DNA of 64,000 bases, taken from NCBI GenBank assembly GCA_964016885.1, contig OZ024746.1, positions 34,658,001-34,722,000 on the forward strand. Direction: 5' to 3'. The notes below the pieces were generated by a model that saw only the letters and a list, made by a program, of their open reading frames with translations, was not told the DNA's origin and searched no databases. This stretch comes from Eledone cirrhosa (Eukaryota). Position numbers and translations under genes: made by a program. Shown here in pieces: positions 53,490 to 64,000 of the stretch (positions are counted from its first letter, which is position 1; every line of letters starts with the position of its first letter).

Positions 53490-56400
53490 TTAAGCCACGC
53501 AATGCTCACATTAAGGAACCACTCATGATAATAACAATTTAAAAAACAACAAAAAGAAAACCCCGTGACCAAGAAATACCGGGATGGCGGCCGGCGGGGA
53601 ATAGCCGTGTCTCTAGGGGAGGACGACCCCTCTAGTATTGGTTGACACTCGTCCTAGAAGTGGTAACACGAAATGATTACCCCATGGCGGATAAGGATAA
53701 AACGTGACAAAATAAAGTAAATGTCTAATGATAAAATCTCATATCGGATCGGCCGTCACCCGGGTCAAAAAGGGCCGCGTCCCTCAGAGAGGAACCAGAC
53801 TGGGGTCGAAAAATCAGCTAATGGTTCAAACCTTCCCATCACTTCGGAGCTGGAGACCTCCCATAACCGGAATACTCCTACTGTTGGCCCTCCATGCTCA
53901 CCACCAAGAAATCCAAAGAAAAAGAGAGAAAAATGGTCAAGGGAAGATAATAAAGAAGTCCTTGAGGCTTTCTACACTGCCAAGTATTACCCATCAACTA
54001 CATCGAATACAAAACAGACATATATCAACTGGAAAAAAAAAGTCCCGAAAACAGAGGCTATATTGATAGTAACAATCTAGCCAATATACGAAAAAATATT
54101 GTAAAAAAAAAGTTACTAACTGATATAGAAATTGATCAGATCAAGCTATTAGCACAAAGTCAGCGAAGGGAAAATGAAACATGTGTCAGTGAAAACGAGG
54201 TGAATTGTAACACTTCGAACCCCAGGGTTGGGGCGGAATCACTGACAACAGAACAAATTAAAGAAAGGATCGAAAAATTGTAGGGAGTGCATGCTCAAGA
54301 TGAAACTCCAAATGAAAACAATGAGATCGTAAATGATAAAGAAATGAATGAGAATGAACTTGCCAACTTGAAGGATGAAATTATGATCGAATGGATGAAA
54401 ATGAAAGAATCTGACATGGGAGAACGAGACACCCTCCCTAAGATCCAGAACTCCAAACAGAACCAAAAGATAATACACAAGACTAACATAATTTTCAAAA
54501 ACATTATCATCAGAAACAAACTAAACATTACTGATTTAAATCATCTCTATTATGCATCGGCTAAAGTCACCACTCACTTTTGTGGAGTGAAGATGAAAAA
54601 ACAAAGGAATTCCCACAAGAAATCTACTTGGCAAGAGAACATCAATTGCCAAATAAACCTTCTCCGATCTGACATAGAAATGTTAACACACTATAAATTA
54701 GGTGAACATGTTAAATAAACTAAACTTAGAAAATTGAAAAGAAAGTACAGTATATAATCAACAAGTGACATAAACATGCTGAGAGAAATAATCAAGCAAA
54801 AAGTTGCGGCCAAAGCTGCTCATATAAGGCGCTTTGAAAAACGATCTAGATTCTATAAGGACAATAATATGTTCAAAAACAACCAAAGAAACTTCTACAG
54901 AAAAATTGGTAAGTCAACAATAACTGCTAAATCAATACCACCCAAGGAGGAAGTGCAAGAATTCTGGGAAAAGATCTGGGCCGAAGAAAAAATTCATAAT
55001 ATACATGCCCAATGGATAGACAGACAAATGAAAGATACAGCTCACCTTGAGGAACAAATATGGGAAAATATAACAGTTGAACAGTTGCGTTTGGCTCTAA
55101 GAAAAACCAGCAAATGGAAATCCCCAAGAAAAGACAAAATACAAATTTTTTGGATAAATGCCTTCACAGAGTCTCATGAGCTGTTAGCCCAACTTTACAA
55201 TGAAATAGTTAAGGAGCCAGAAAAGATACCGTCATGGCTAGTTAACGGCATTACATTCCTGCTTCCGAAGAATGATGAGACAAACAATCCCCAAAATTAC
55301 AGACCGATAACTTGCTTGACCAAAATGTATACAATTTTAACATCAGTCCTAACTGAATATACATATGACCACCTGATAACAAATGACCTATCTCCCATTG
55401 AGCAGAAATGGTGTAAACGAGGCTCATATGGCTGTAAGGATCAGCTTTTCGTTAACAAAATGATACTGGAAGATTGTCATAATAGACACAAAATTCTATC
55501 AATTGCTTGGATAGATTATAAAAAAAGGATTCGATAGTTTGCCACACAGTTGGATTGAAAAATGTTTAGAGATTTTCAAAATATCTCCCGTTGTCAGGAG
55601 GTTTTTGTCATTCAGTAGGAAGACATGGAAAACGACACTCCTTTTGAATAGTGAAACAAAATCACTGGAAGCTGGAGAAGTTAATATTAATTGTGGAATT
55701 TTTCAGGGTAACTCTTTATCACCGCTTTTATTCTGCATCGCACTTATACCATTAAGTAAAATGCTCAATGAAACAAAACATGGACATAAAGTCTATGACA
55801 AAACCATTAATCACTTGTTCTACATGGATGACCTGAAACTATTTGCAAAAAATGATGAACAACTGTGGAGCAGTTCAGAGATGATATTAAAATGGAGTTT
55901 GGACTAGATAAATGCGCCAAAGCAACGTTCACCAGAGGAAAGCTGCTGAAAAGTTCTCAGACATTAATCTTGATCGGGGGAATGTCATAAGAGAAATTGA
56001 TCAAAGGAAACTTACAAATATCTAGGTGTTTGTGAAGGAGACGGAATCAAGCACTCGACAATGAGGGAAAGGATAAGGAAGGAATGTTACCGCAGAGTAA
56101 GAGCAATCTTAAGAACAGAATTGAATGCAAGGAATAGTATCGATGCCATAAACACGCTTGCCATACCAGTAGTAACCTACAGTTACACTGTCATCAACTG
56201 GTCAAGCACAGAGATCCGTAGGTTCGATACAAACATTAGAAAATTCTTAACCATGCACAGAATGCATCGCCCTCAGTCAGATACAGATAGAATATATCTC
56301 CCAAGGAAAGAAGGAGGACGTGGGTTAATCCAGTTAGACATTGCGTTGAAAACTGCAACAATTGGATTATCTACATATCTAAGGGAATCACAGGATTGGA

Positions 56401-57500
56401 TGATCAAACTCGTTTTGAAACATGAAAGCATCAAAAGATCATACTCCATTACAAAAGATGCACAAAGATACAGTAATGGACTACAAATTTCAGAAGTCCC
56501 ATTTACTGCTGAAATGGAAGACACAGAAAAAGCAAAGCAGGTAAAAGTAACTGCAAAGAAAGAACTGCTACAGAAACAGGCTAAGAAATGGCAAGAAAAG
56601 CCTCTGTATGGAAAATACCCAGAACGAGCTAACAAACCTGATGTTGACAAAACTTTAACGCATCAGTGGTTGGCATCCTCTGGACTGAAATCGGAGACTG
56701 AAGGACTGATTATATCAGCACAGGATCAGTGTCTGCCAACAAAAAATTACCAAGCCAACATAATAAAAAATGGATGCAGCCCATTATGCCGTGTATGTAA
56801 AAAACAACCAGAGACCATTGACCATATAATTTCAATGTGCAGTCCTATAGCTCCAACCGACTACCTAAACAGGCATGACAGAGCTGCACAATACATACAA
56901 TGGATAATGTGTAAGCATTTTGACCTGCCTCATCAAAAGAATTGGTGGGAGCATCAACCACCTCCCATACTTGAAAAATATCGCATCGCAATCTTGTGGA
57001 ACTTTAGCATCCAAACAGACCGAAAAATAGATGCAAATAGACCTGATATAATATTGAAGGACTTTAAAAAGAGGATATGCCTGCTAATTGATATGTCCGT
57101 TCCAATAGACAAGAATGTATCTATAAAAACATTTGAAAAATTGAGCAAGTATAAGGACCTGGAGATAGAAATTGGAAAAATGTGGAAATTGAGAACTAAA
57201 ACAATACCAGTGGTTGTAGGCGCTCTAGGAATGATAACTAAGGGGTCTAATGATTACTTATCGCAAATCCCAGGAAACCCGCGTATAGGAGAAATACAAA
57301 AGATAGCACTAATTGGAACTGCCCATATACTAAGGAAGATTCTTTCAATATAAGTACATCACAAGTCTAAACACCTAAAGATGCATGTGTGAGTATGTAT
57401 GTTCTTTCTTGAACATGGCGGACCTTGTTGTCTCTTGAGGTCACCGGTTGTGACTTGGTGATAACTCGTATGTACATAAAGCAAGATAAATGCAGCTGTA
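53490..57500 (+). mobile_element. Near full-length R4/Dong-clade non-LTR retrotransposon (RT, CCHC, restriction-like endonuclease), inactivated by stops and frameshifts
   Basis: NYRPITCL, AWIDYKK, GIFQGNSLSPLLF, HLFYMDDLKL, RKEGGRGL, CRVCKKQPETIDHIISMC, RHD, RPDI, LIDMSVP, KLSKYKDL; (TAA)n on both flanks (53443-53480, 57499-57526), the known Dong target. Confidence 0.95.
56061..57353 (+). CDS. C-terminal thumb/CCHC/RLE portion of the R4/Dong ORF (430 aa open segment)
   Basis: ORF track; CCHC and PD-(D/E)xK endonuclease motifs. Confidence 0.85.
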   Translation: MRERIRKECYRRVRAILRTELNARNSIDAINTLAIPVVTYSYTVINWSSTEIRRFDTNIRKFLTMHRMHRPQSDTDRIYLPRKEGGRGLIQLDIALKTATIGLSTYLRESQDWMIKLVLKHESIKRSYSITKDAQRYSNGLQISEVPFTAEMEDTEKAKQVKVTAKKELLQKQAKKWQEKPLYGKYPERANKPDVDKTLTHQWLASSGLKSETEGLIISAQDQCLPTKNYQANIIKNGCSPLCRVCKKQPETIDHIISMCSPIAPTDYLNRHDRAAQYIQWIMCKHFDLPHQKNWWEHQPPPILEKYRIAILWNFSIQTDRKIDANRPDIILKDFKKRICLLIDMSVPIDKNVSIKTFEKLSKYKDLEIEIGKMWKLRTKTIPVVVGALGMITKGSNDYLSQIPGNPRIGEIQKIALIGTAHILRKILSI

Positions 57501-57526
57501 ATAATAATAATAATAATAATAATAAT

Positions 57527-60500
57527 GCTTTCTTTATTAACCACAAGGGTTTACATAAAGTAGACATTAAGGACAGTACAGGACAATACAGGACGGTACA
57601 AATGGGCATTTCTGCGTGTAAAAAGCAAGAAAACGAGGATGTAATAATAGAACAATGAACAAATTCCCCAATAGAGGGGAGACTTCCGAGGGACATTCGT
57701 GGAGAAAGCCCATTAAAAAGCCACAGTGACTCTGACCACCAGGGCAAGTGAACCTCTCCCAGTTTCCCACCTTTAGTTTACAGACACATTTTCCACCTTT
57801 AATTTACAGACACATATTCAGAGTAGGTTCATTCTCTCGGGCCATACTTGCCTCTCTCACCCATCTTTCTACCCTGATTTTCCTTTTTAAATGAAATATG
57901 AAAAAGTTAATCAGGGCATCACCGAAGAGGTAAGTGTTCGTATTCAGCCCTTTCAAACGTGTCCACCATACTATCTCTTTCGCCATGGCCACAAGACAGA
58001 TAAAAACTGCCTGCCCTTCCCGGCTAAAGGAGGAGGGCGGGACAATCCTCACGATGGACTCTGCTGATAGCTGGATCCGTCATTACACGTGACAGCAGGT
58101 GTGCGACATAAACCCAGAAGTCAGCAATGCTCAGACACTGGACGAGTGCGTGCAGGACGGTTTCGTCGCCCTGCGCGCATCTCGGACATGCCCGGCTGAC
58201 GGCACCGCCATGCCTGTAGAGTTTATCCCTAACTGGCAAAGCTCTTCGGTAGCACTTCCAGGCCAGGTATTTCTGGAAGTTGTCCATAGGCCCCTGCCCG
58301 AAAGTTCTTCTGAAGAGTTTGGCTAGTTGATTTTCGTCGACGCCTAGAGTTTCTCCAAGTACGCCGTCGCTCTTCCCCTCCACTAATCCTCTATAGACCG
58401 CCAAGGTGGAGTTTCCACCGATAACAATGCCCGATTGGTCGAGGGCTGTGACAGACTGAAAACATTCCAGTCTCCAAGCGCTCGCACTCGGTCTTTGCTG
58501 GACCCAGGTCTGCAGCTCCGTCAAGGAGACGAGCTGGCGAAAGACGCGTCTAACAAACGGCGACCACACCTGTTCGCCGTAGAGGAAGAGGTGGAGATGT
58601 CGTAGCCTGAGTGCGTGTCTGCGCATCATCAGTCACGTCATTCCCAGCCCTCCACGAAGCGGGTGTTGATAGCAGATGGATCGCCTGACCATCGGAGCGC
58701 GTCCCTTCCACAAAAAGCGAAAGAGCAAACGCTCCAGCGCAGTCAGGCCGGGCTTAGGACAAGGTACGATGGTCAGGCGGTAGTAGATGACGGACGCGAT
58801 ATACGCGTTAGCCACCTCCGCTCGACCTTTCAGGGATAGCTTCCTCTCGGCCCATTTCTGAGTAAGAGAAGCCACCCTGCTCGTCACCTCGTCCCAGTGT
58901 TTGTCCGTCTGGAGGTCCGGACCGAACCAGAGTTTTAGCAATTTAACCGGTCCGTCCGTCCTGCGCCCGACGACGCTGTTGGACGGCATGGACCTGCCTC
59001 TCCAAGTGCCGAGCTGCAGGCCCACTGACTTTTCATGGTTGATCATTGCTCCTGTCACCTTTTCGTATTCTCTTAGTGTAGTGCCGATCGCCTCGATGTG
59101 TTTGGCGTTCGATACGACTACGGTGACATCGTCGGCGTATGCTGACACGGATCTTCCGCATCCTAGTTTGCGCGGGACGCCCCGCAACGTGTCCAGTTTG
59201 TGCAGTAATGGCTCGAGAATCAATACGTACAAGAGGAATGAGAGGGGATATCCTTGGCGGACCGAGCGCATGATATTGAACGGTTCCGAAAGGTGACCGT
59301 TCACTTTCACCACAGAGCAGATGTCGCTGTGCATGGCAGCGATCCAGACTCTGAAAACGGGCCTAAAGCCAGCCGCCCTCAGGATTGCCGCTAGGGAACG
59401 ATGGTCGACCCTTTCGAAAGCTCTCGACTGATCTAAATTGATAAAAGGACCAACCCGTGTCAGGTTCCCTAGCTACCCTCTCTACAATGTATCGCATGAG
59501 GTGGAGGTTGTCGTGGATGGATCTGTTGGGAATGGCGCATGTCTGCACCTCTCACACCAGACCACCAACGACAAGCGCCAACCTCTTTGATAGCACCTTG
59601 GCCAAAATCTTGAACTCTGTGTTTAGCAGCGTTATGGGCCTGAAATTATCTATGTTATCCCCCTTGTTCGGATACTTTCTCAGCAGCGCCACCACTCCTC
59701 GGCTCACAGAGCTGGGAATTCTCCCGCTATGTTGCCAGTTGCAGTAGACGTCCGACAAGAGGCCTCCGAACAAGTCTGGCATCTGTACGTAAAGTTCATA
59801 GGGCAGACCATCCAAACCAGGCGATTAACCCCTTTTGCAGCCAGTCATTGCCTCCCGTACTTCAGCGGCTGTTATGGGCTTTTCGCAACGCTCAGCCTCA
59901 ATGGCGGAGAGCCGCGGCAGTCCGTCGAGGTAGACACTAAAGTGCATCCCCCGATCCGGCCCGCTGCTGCCCCCGAACAGTTGAGCGAAATGTCGCTGAA
60001 AAGCTTCACACATTTGCCCGGGATCGAGTAGCATGCGCCGGTCGTGGTCCACCAAAAGCCGGATCGTGGCTTTGTTGCCATGACGCGCCTCCGCCACTCA
60101 GGTCCATTGAACGGCTTTCGTCCCCTCGTGTCTGAGAGCACGCACCCTAGCTCTGGCAACGCAGCCTTCGTGCTTTGCATTGAAGAATTGGTCAAGGGCC
60201 AATTTCGCCGCAATTACTTCGGTCGCGATGCTTTGCTAAGCGCCTCGTCTAATTTTCTAATTAGTTCTCCCTCTGCTCTATTTTTCTCTATAGGTAAAGC
60301 CTTTCTAAACCTAATGGACTCTATTCTAATCGCTCTTTTCAGAGCAAACCACCACTTGCTGTTGACGATGGCCCCCGTCAACGCTCGCTTAACTTGTTCG
60401 TTAATCCGGTCTATGTAGGCCTTGCGCGCTGGTAAGGACGCGTTTAGATTCCAGTAGCCGGGTCCTCGTCTATGAAGCCTATCTAAGTCAAGCACACAAA

Positions 60501-61368
60501 TCACAAATTTGTGGTTGTAGCTGACTATCTTGAATTGTGGACAGATTATGCTAGACCTATCTATTTCCCTACAAAATACTCTATCTAGATATGATCTGGA
60601 TGACCCTACGCGATTTGTCCAAGTCCACATTGGCACATTCGGGAAATCCAATCGGTACCTGTCAGACAGTTCAACACGCCTGAGCAGGTTGGTGAGGCTC
60701 TTGCACCCTCCTTCCCTATCCGCTAATCCCACACAGTCCCAGCATGCATCTAAGATCCCGTTCCAGTCGCCAACTAACACTAAAGAGCGAGACGTTCGTA
60801 GAAAGGTCTCCAGACCCCGGAAGAAATGAGGCAGACCCGCTCCTGTCGGGGCATAGACAGCCACTAGCCTGAAAGCTTGCCCTTCTCCGCTGGTTACGTC
60901 CAGCACCACCAACTTACCTTCTGGGTCCAGGAAGGTGGCCCGTATGGCGAGATCCAAACCTCTCCGAAAAAGCACATTAACTCCTACCACCGATCCAGTA
61001 CGGCTGAGAGATGCGTACACATCGTAGCAGCCGAAGATCTGTGCGAAGTCCCGTGCTTCGGAGATTCTGGTCTCGCTGATGGCCACTACAACTATGTTTA
61101 CTGCGCTTAGGTCGTTGAGCAGGTGGCCCTGCTTCCATGACGACCCTAAGCCACGCGCATTTATGCTGCCTATTCTGAGTGAGGTCATGTTGAAATGAAG
61201 TGGAAAAGATGGGAAAGACCACTTACCTTACTTCTCGCAGAGGAAGGATGGTTTCGCCATCCCTTTTCACTTGATCGTCTGGTGAAGGGACCGTTGAATC
61301 GTCCCTTCGGCTGGTCGTCGGCTCTTCTGTGAGTATATCCGAATATACCTTCTGGTTGAGTGTCCAAA
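57527..61368 (-). mobile_element. L1/Tx1-group LINE: full ORF2 (APE, RT, CCHC) with frameshifts, tip of ORF1, 3' UTR ending AATAAA-(ATT)n
   Basis: MTSLRIGSINARGL, VYAP, GDWN, SRSYLDR, GPGYWNLN, DGLPYELY, NFRPITLLN, SVRQGYPLS, SAYADD, GGLG, CPRCAQGDETVLHALVQC; GC-rich relative to the host. Confidence 0.95.
60214..61188 (-). CDS. APE endonuclease domain of L1/Tx1 ORF2 (open segment)
   Basis: ORF track 324 aa with APE motifs; the catalytic SDH appears as SYNH. Confidence 0.85.
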   Translation of the reverse strand: MTSLRIGSINARGLGSSWKQGHLLNDLSAVNIVVVAISETRISEARDFAQIFGCYDVYASLSRTGSVVGVNVLFRRGLDLAIRATFLDPEGKLVVLDVTSGEGQAFRLVAVYAPTGAGLPHFFRGLETFLRTSRSLVLVGDWNGILDACWDCVGLADREGGCKSLTNLLRRVELSDRYRLDFPNVPMWTWTNRVGSSRSYLDRVFCREIDRSSIICPQFKIVSYNHKFVICVLDLDRLHRRGPGYWNLNASLPARKAYIDRINEQVKRALTGAIVNSKWWFALKRAIRIESIRFRKALPIEKNRAEGELIRKLDEALSKASRPK

Positions 61369-61388
61369 CAATAATAGTAATAATAATA

Positions 61389-61455
61389 GCAAGAAGAAGA
61401 AGAAGAAGAAGAAGAAGAAGAAGAAGAAGAAGAAGAAGAAGAAGAAGAAGAAGAA
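61389..61455 (+). repeat. (GAA)n microsatellite
   Basis: About 22 GAA units. Confidence 0.95.
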
Positions 61456-62469
61456 ATATGTGTACCATTGGTTTTGTCAATACCCACATTCCTCCAATTG
61501 AAAATATCAATGAAATATTCATGAGTGAAGAGAAAACCGTAAACATTCACAGAAATTCTACCACGTTTAAGTTCTTAGTCTCAATCTAAATGCACAAAGC
61601 ACAGCATTCAGAAGAAAGATTCTAAATTTGCTAAACTTTATTTACTACATCAACTAAAACAGAACAAGTTTGGCAAATCGATATCTAATAAAATACATTT
61701 CAGCAACAATAATAATGCACTATCAACAAGTGTAAATAAAATAAAAACAATATAGATTAATCGCCAATTGCCACTCTTTCGTTGTTGTTATTTGTTATTA
61801 TTATTCTCAAAGTTGGTCATGTGTGTTTGTAACTTCTTACAAGTAACTGCCTTAACATTGGAAACAATATATACATATGACATAAACAGTGTTTACTTAA
61901 AAACGATTTAAATTTATCATTTTTTTAAACATTTTCCATTTAATCCATATTTCAGCATTTGCATGAACTATCAAATTTGAATAGTTGGCATCGTAAATCT
62001 TCAAATTTAATGTTGTACATGTTAAAGTGTCTGTTTTAATTTTAATGTAATTTAATATTTAAATTTAGCTTCATAAATTTCTATTTACAAATGTTTCAAT
62101 ATATAGACATCACTTAAATAAATAGACATGAGATATTGCTACTTATCACCAAATGATTATGATATAGTATACATCTTATATACCTTTTGAAATATGTCAT
62201 GGTAAAAATGTGAACTCAAAATCCATTTTATAACAAAATATTGCACTTCTTGCTAAAAAGTACAACGAAGACCCCAGAATATATATTTAAGGGTACAGTT
62301 ACAAGTCCCATTCTATAATACTATAATGCTGTTTTACCTTGAAATTAATTTCCAAATTGCAAGATGAGTAAAGGTTTTTTGGAGGAGCAATAGCTCCCTC
62401 TGCATACCAGCCTCACTGTTATACGCCACTAAGGCTGCCCAGGTAAAACGCTGATGCTGATACATCTTG

Positions 62470-62635
62470 GTACCGGTGTTGTCACATATCTTTTGATTAT
62501 TCTAGCTGAAAGCAGAGCAGCAACATGAAATGAAATACCTTCTCAAGGAACCCATCACCCACCAGTCTTGGAGCCAAATCTATTATCTTTTGAACGTCAG
62601 CCCAACACACTATGGAGTAAGGCACATGCCTTCAC
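62470..62635 (-). mobile_element. Old SINE remnant of a second family
   Basis: Minus strand gaaggcatgtgccttactcc...gttccttgagaaggtatttcatttcatgttgctgctctgctttcagct resembles a tRNA head plus CORE-like domain. Confidence 0.4.
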
Positions 62636-63624
62636 AAAGGGAACCATCATAACATATTTCTCAAGCATGAATACAGACATAAATTATCCACTCTTTATGA
62701 AACGAATTTCACAACTCTTCGCAAACAAACGTTCCTACATTCAAGAGTTCTCGTCTCTTTTCCTTAAATGATTGACAGAAAACGAAGTAGATATTGGCAG
62801 ACTAGAAAGCAATTATTTTACTGCTTCACTATCTGCCGACGGAATAAACATGTTATACACCCATTGATGTCAGAAACTTGATAATACATTAAAAAAAAAA
62901 TGTTATGTGTCTTATGTGTGTGTCTGTATGACTGCCTGTATGTATATATGTATATATGTATATATGTATGTATTTATGTGTGTGTATGTATGTATGTGTG
63001 TATGTATGTATCTGGGTGTGTGTATGCAAGTAGACATGTATGAATGCATTTATGTATGTATATGCCTCACGAAGGCATTTCTCATTTGAGAAACAGGGTG
63101 ACCTATTCGCTAGGAATTTGGCAATGTTTTGCAGTTGTTTCTTTAAAGAATTCATGAACATCAATGTTGGAATATCGTTATCGAACAACGGGGAGGCACG
63201 TTAACATCTGAGGATTCATTGCTGCGCCAAAATCAAATTGCAGTGCTACGTGATCGCCTTATACAGACACTCGATATTTAGGTTCAAGTCAGTGGCGAGG
63301 TGTAGAGCTAGACAGAGTGTAATATAATAATATAATAATACAAGGGCGATTTGTTAAGCCTTCATTACATTTATTGATTGGCGAGACACATTTCGTTATT
63401 GCTCAGCTCAAGGTTTGATCAGTATCGATCTGGTCCGACTCTGCAATCAAAAGCTAATCGGAACTCTGCTGTTGTAATGACAGAATGAACATATATTGCA
63501 TATAAATATCTTACGCTTCGCGTTCATATGGCGGTCAATATACATTGTTTTGATTGGTGGTTTAGCTATGAAGAATGATTTGGCATGTGTGATAGGTAGG
63601 GATATATATATATATATATATAGA

Positions 63625-64000
63625 AAATATGAATATAAAATGAAAGTGCTTTTTAAAAAAAAAAAGGAATTTATTAGGTATTGACATATGTTTCTGTAAC
63701 ATACGGAATACCTATGTATCGCTGCTTGCGTAATCATATAATGTTAGCAAGTATTCGATCGCAAATGTATAATCAGTTGTCACTTCTTCAGAGATTTTGG
63801 ATAAATTGGATACAATCAGAAAAATTGAAGTATTTATATTAGTTGTAATAGAGGAAGAAAAGAGGGGATAGTATATGACAGATGGTAATTCAATTTACTG
63901 CTAAACAAGTATATAAAGGGTTTCTAATGAGAATACAATGAGTAAATGGTTTATTTTATCTAAATAAGAATTTTTGGGAGTGCCTATTTTAATCTATACT
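63625..64000 (-). mobile_element. 3' UTR/pLTR end of a second copy of the 26312-28500 PLE family, running off the window end
   Basis: Reverse complement of ~28148-28510 at high similarity; abuts (TA)n at 63603-63622. Confidence 0.92.

Noticed and set aside
63080-63300. Possible host exon or transposase fragment (minus-strand DVHEFFKE)
   Set aside because: Too short and interrupted by stops; cannot be assigned without a database search

Overview
AT-rich, microsatellite-saturated eukaryotic non-coding DNA. The SINE family and the (TA)n/(CA)n density suggest an octopus or other coleoid cephalopod (inference). No intact host gene is supportable, and nearly all ORF-track entries (YIYI, VCVC, HTHT) are microsatellite artefacts. 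Recognisable coding remnants are all transposons: four to five Penelope-like elements (PLEs; RT plus C-terminal GIY-YIG), a near full-length R4/Dong-type RLE LINE tail-to-tail with an L1/Tx1-type LINE at a shared (TAA)n tract, a CR1/L2-like APE fragment, two mariner remnants and about 7 copies of a tRNA-derived SINE. The most striking signal is non-coding. About ten unrelated 0.1-1 kb fold-back palindromes and several tandem or direct repeats sit inside (TA)n tracts, and most carry a hand-foldable minimal type I hammerhead ribozyme (CUGANGA...GAAA-palindrome-UH). Three unrelated families use the compensatory U3:A8 core (UUGANAA). ORF-less retrozyme-like units have 455, 597 and 2488 nt between hammerheads. 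A second repeat family carries a complete but non-canonical tRNA-like cloverleaf. All folds and alignments were done by eye, and coordinates of degenerate elements are approximate.
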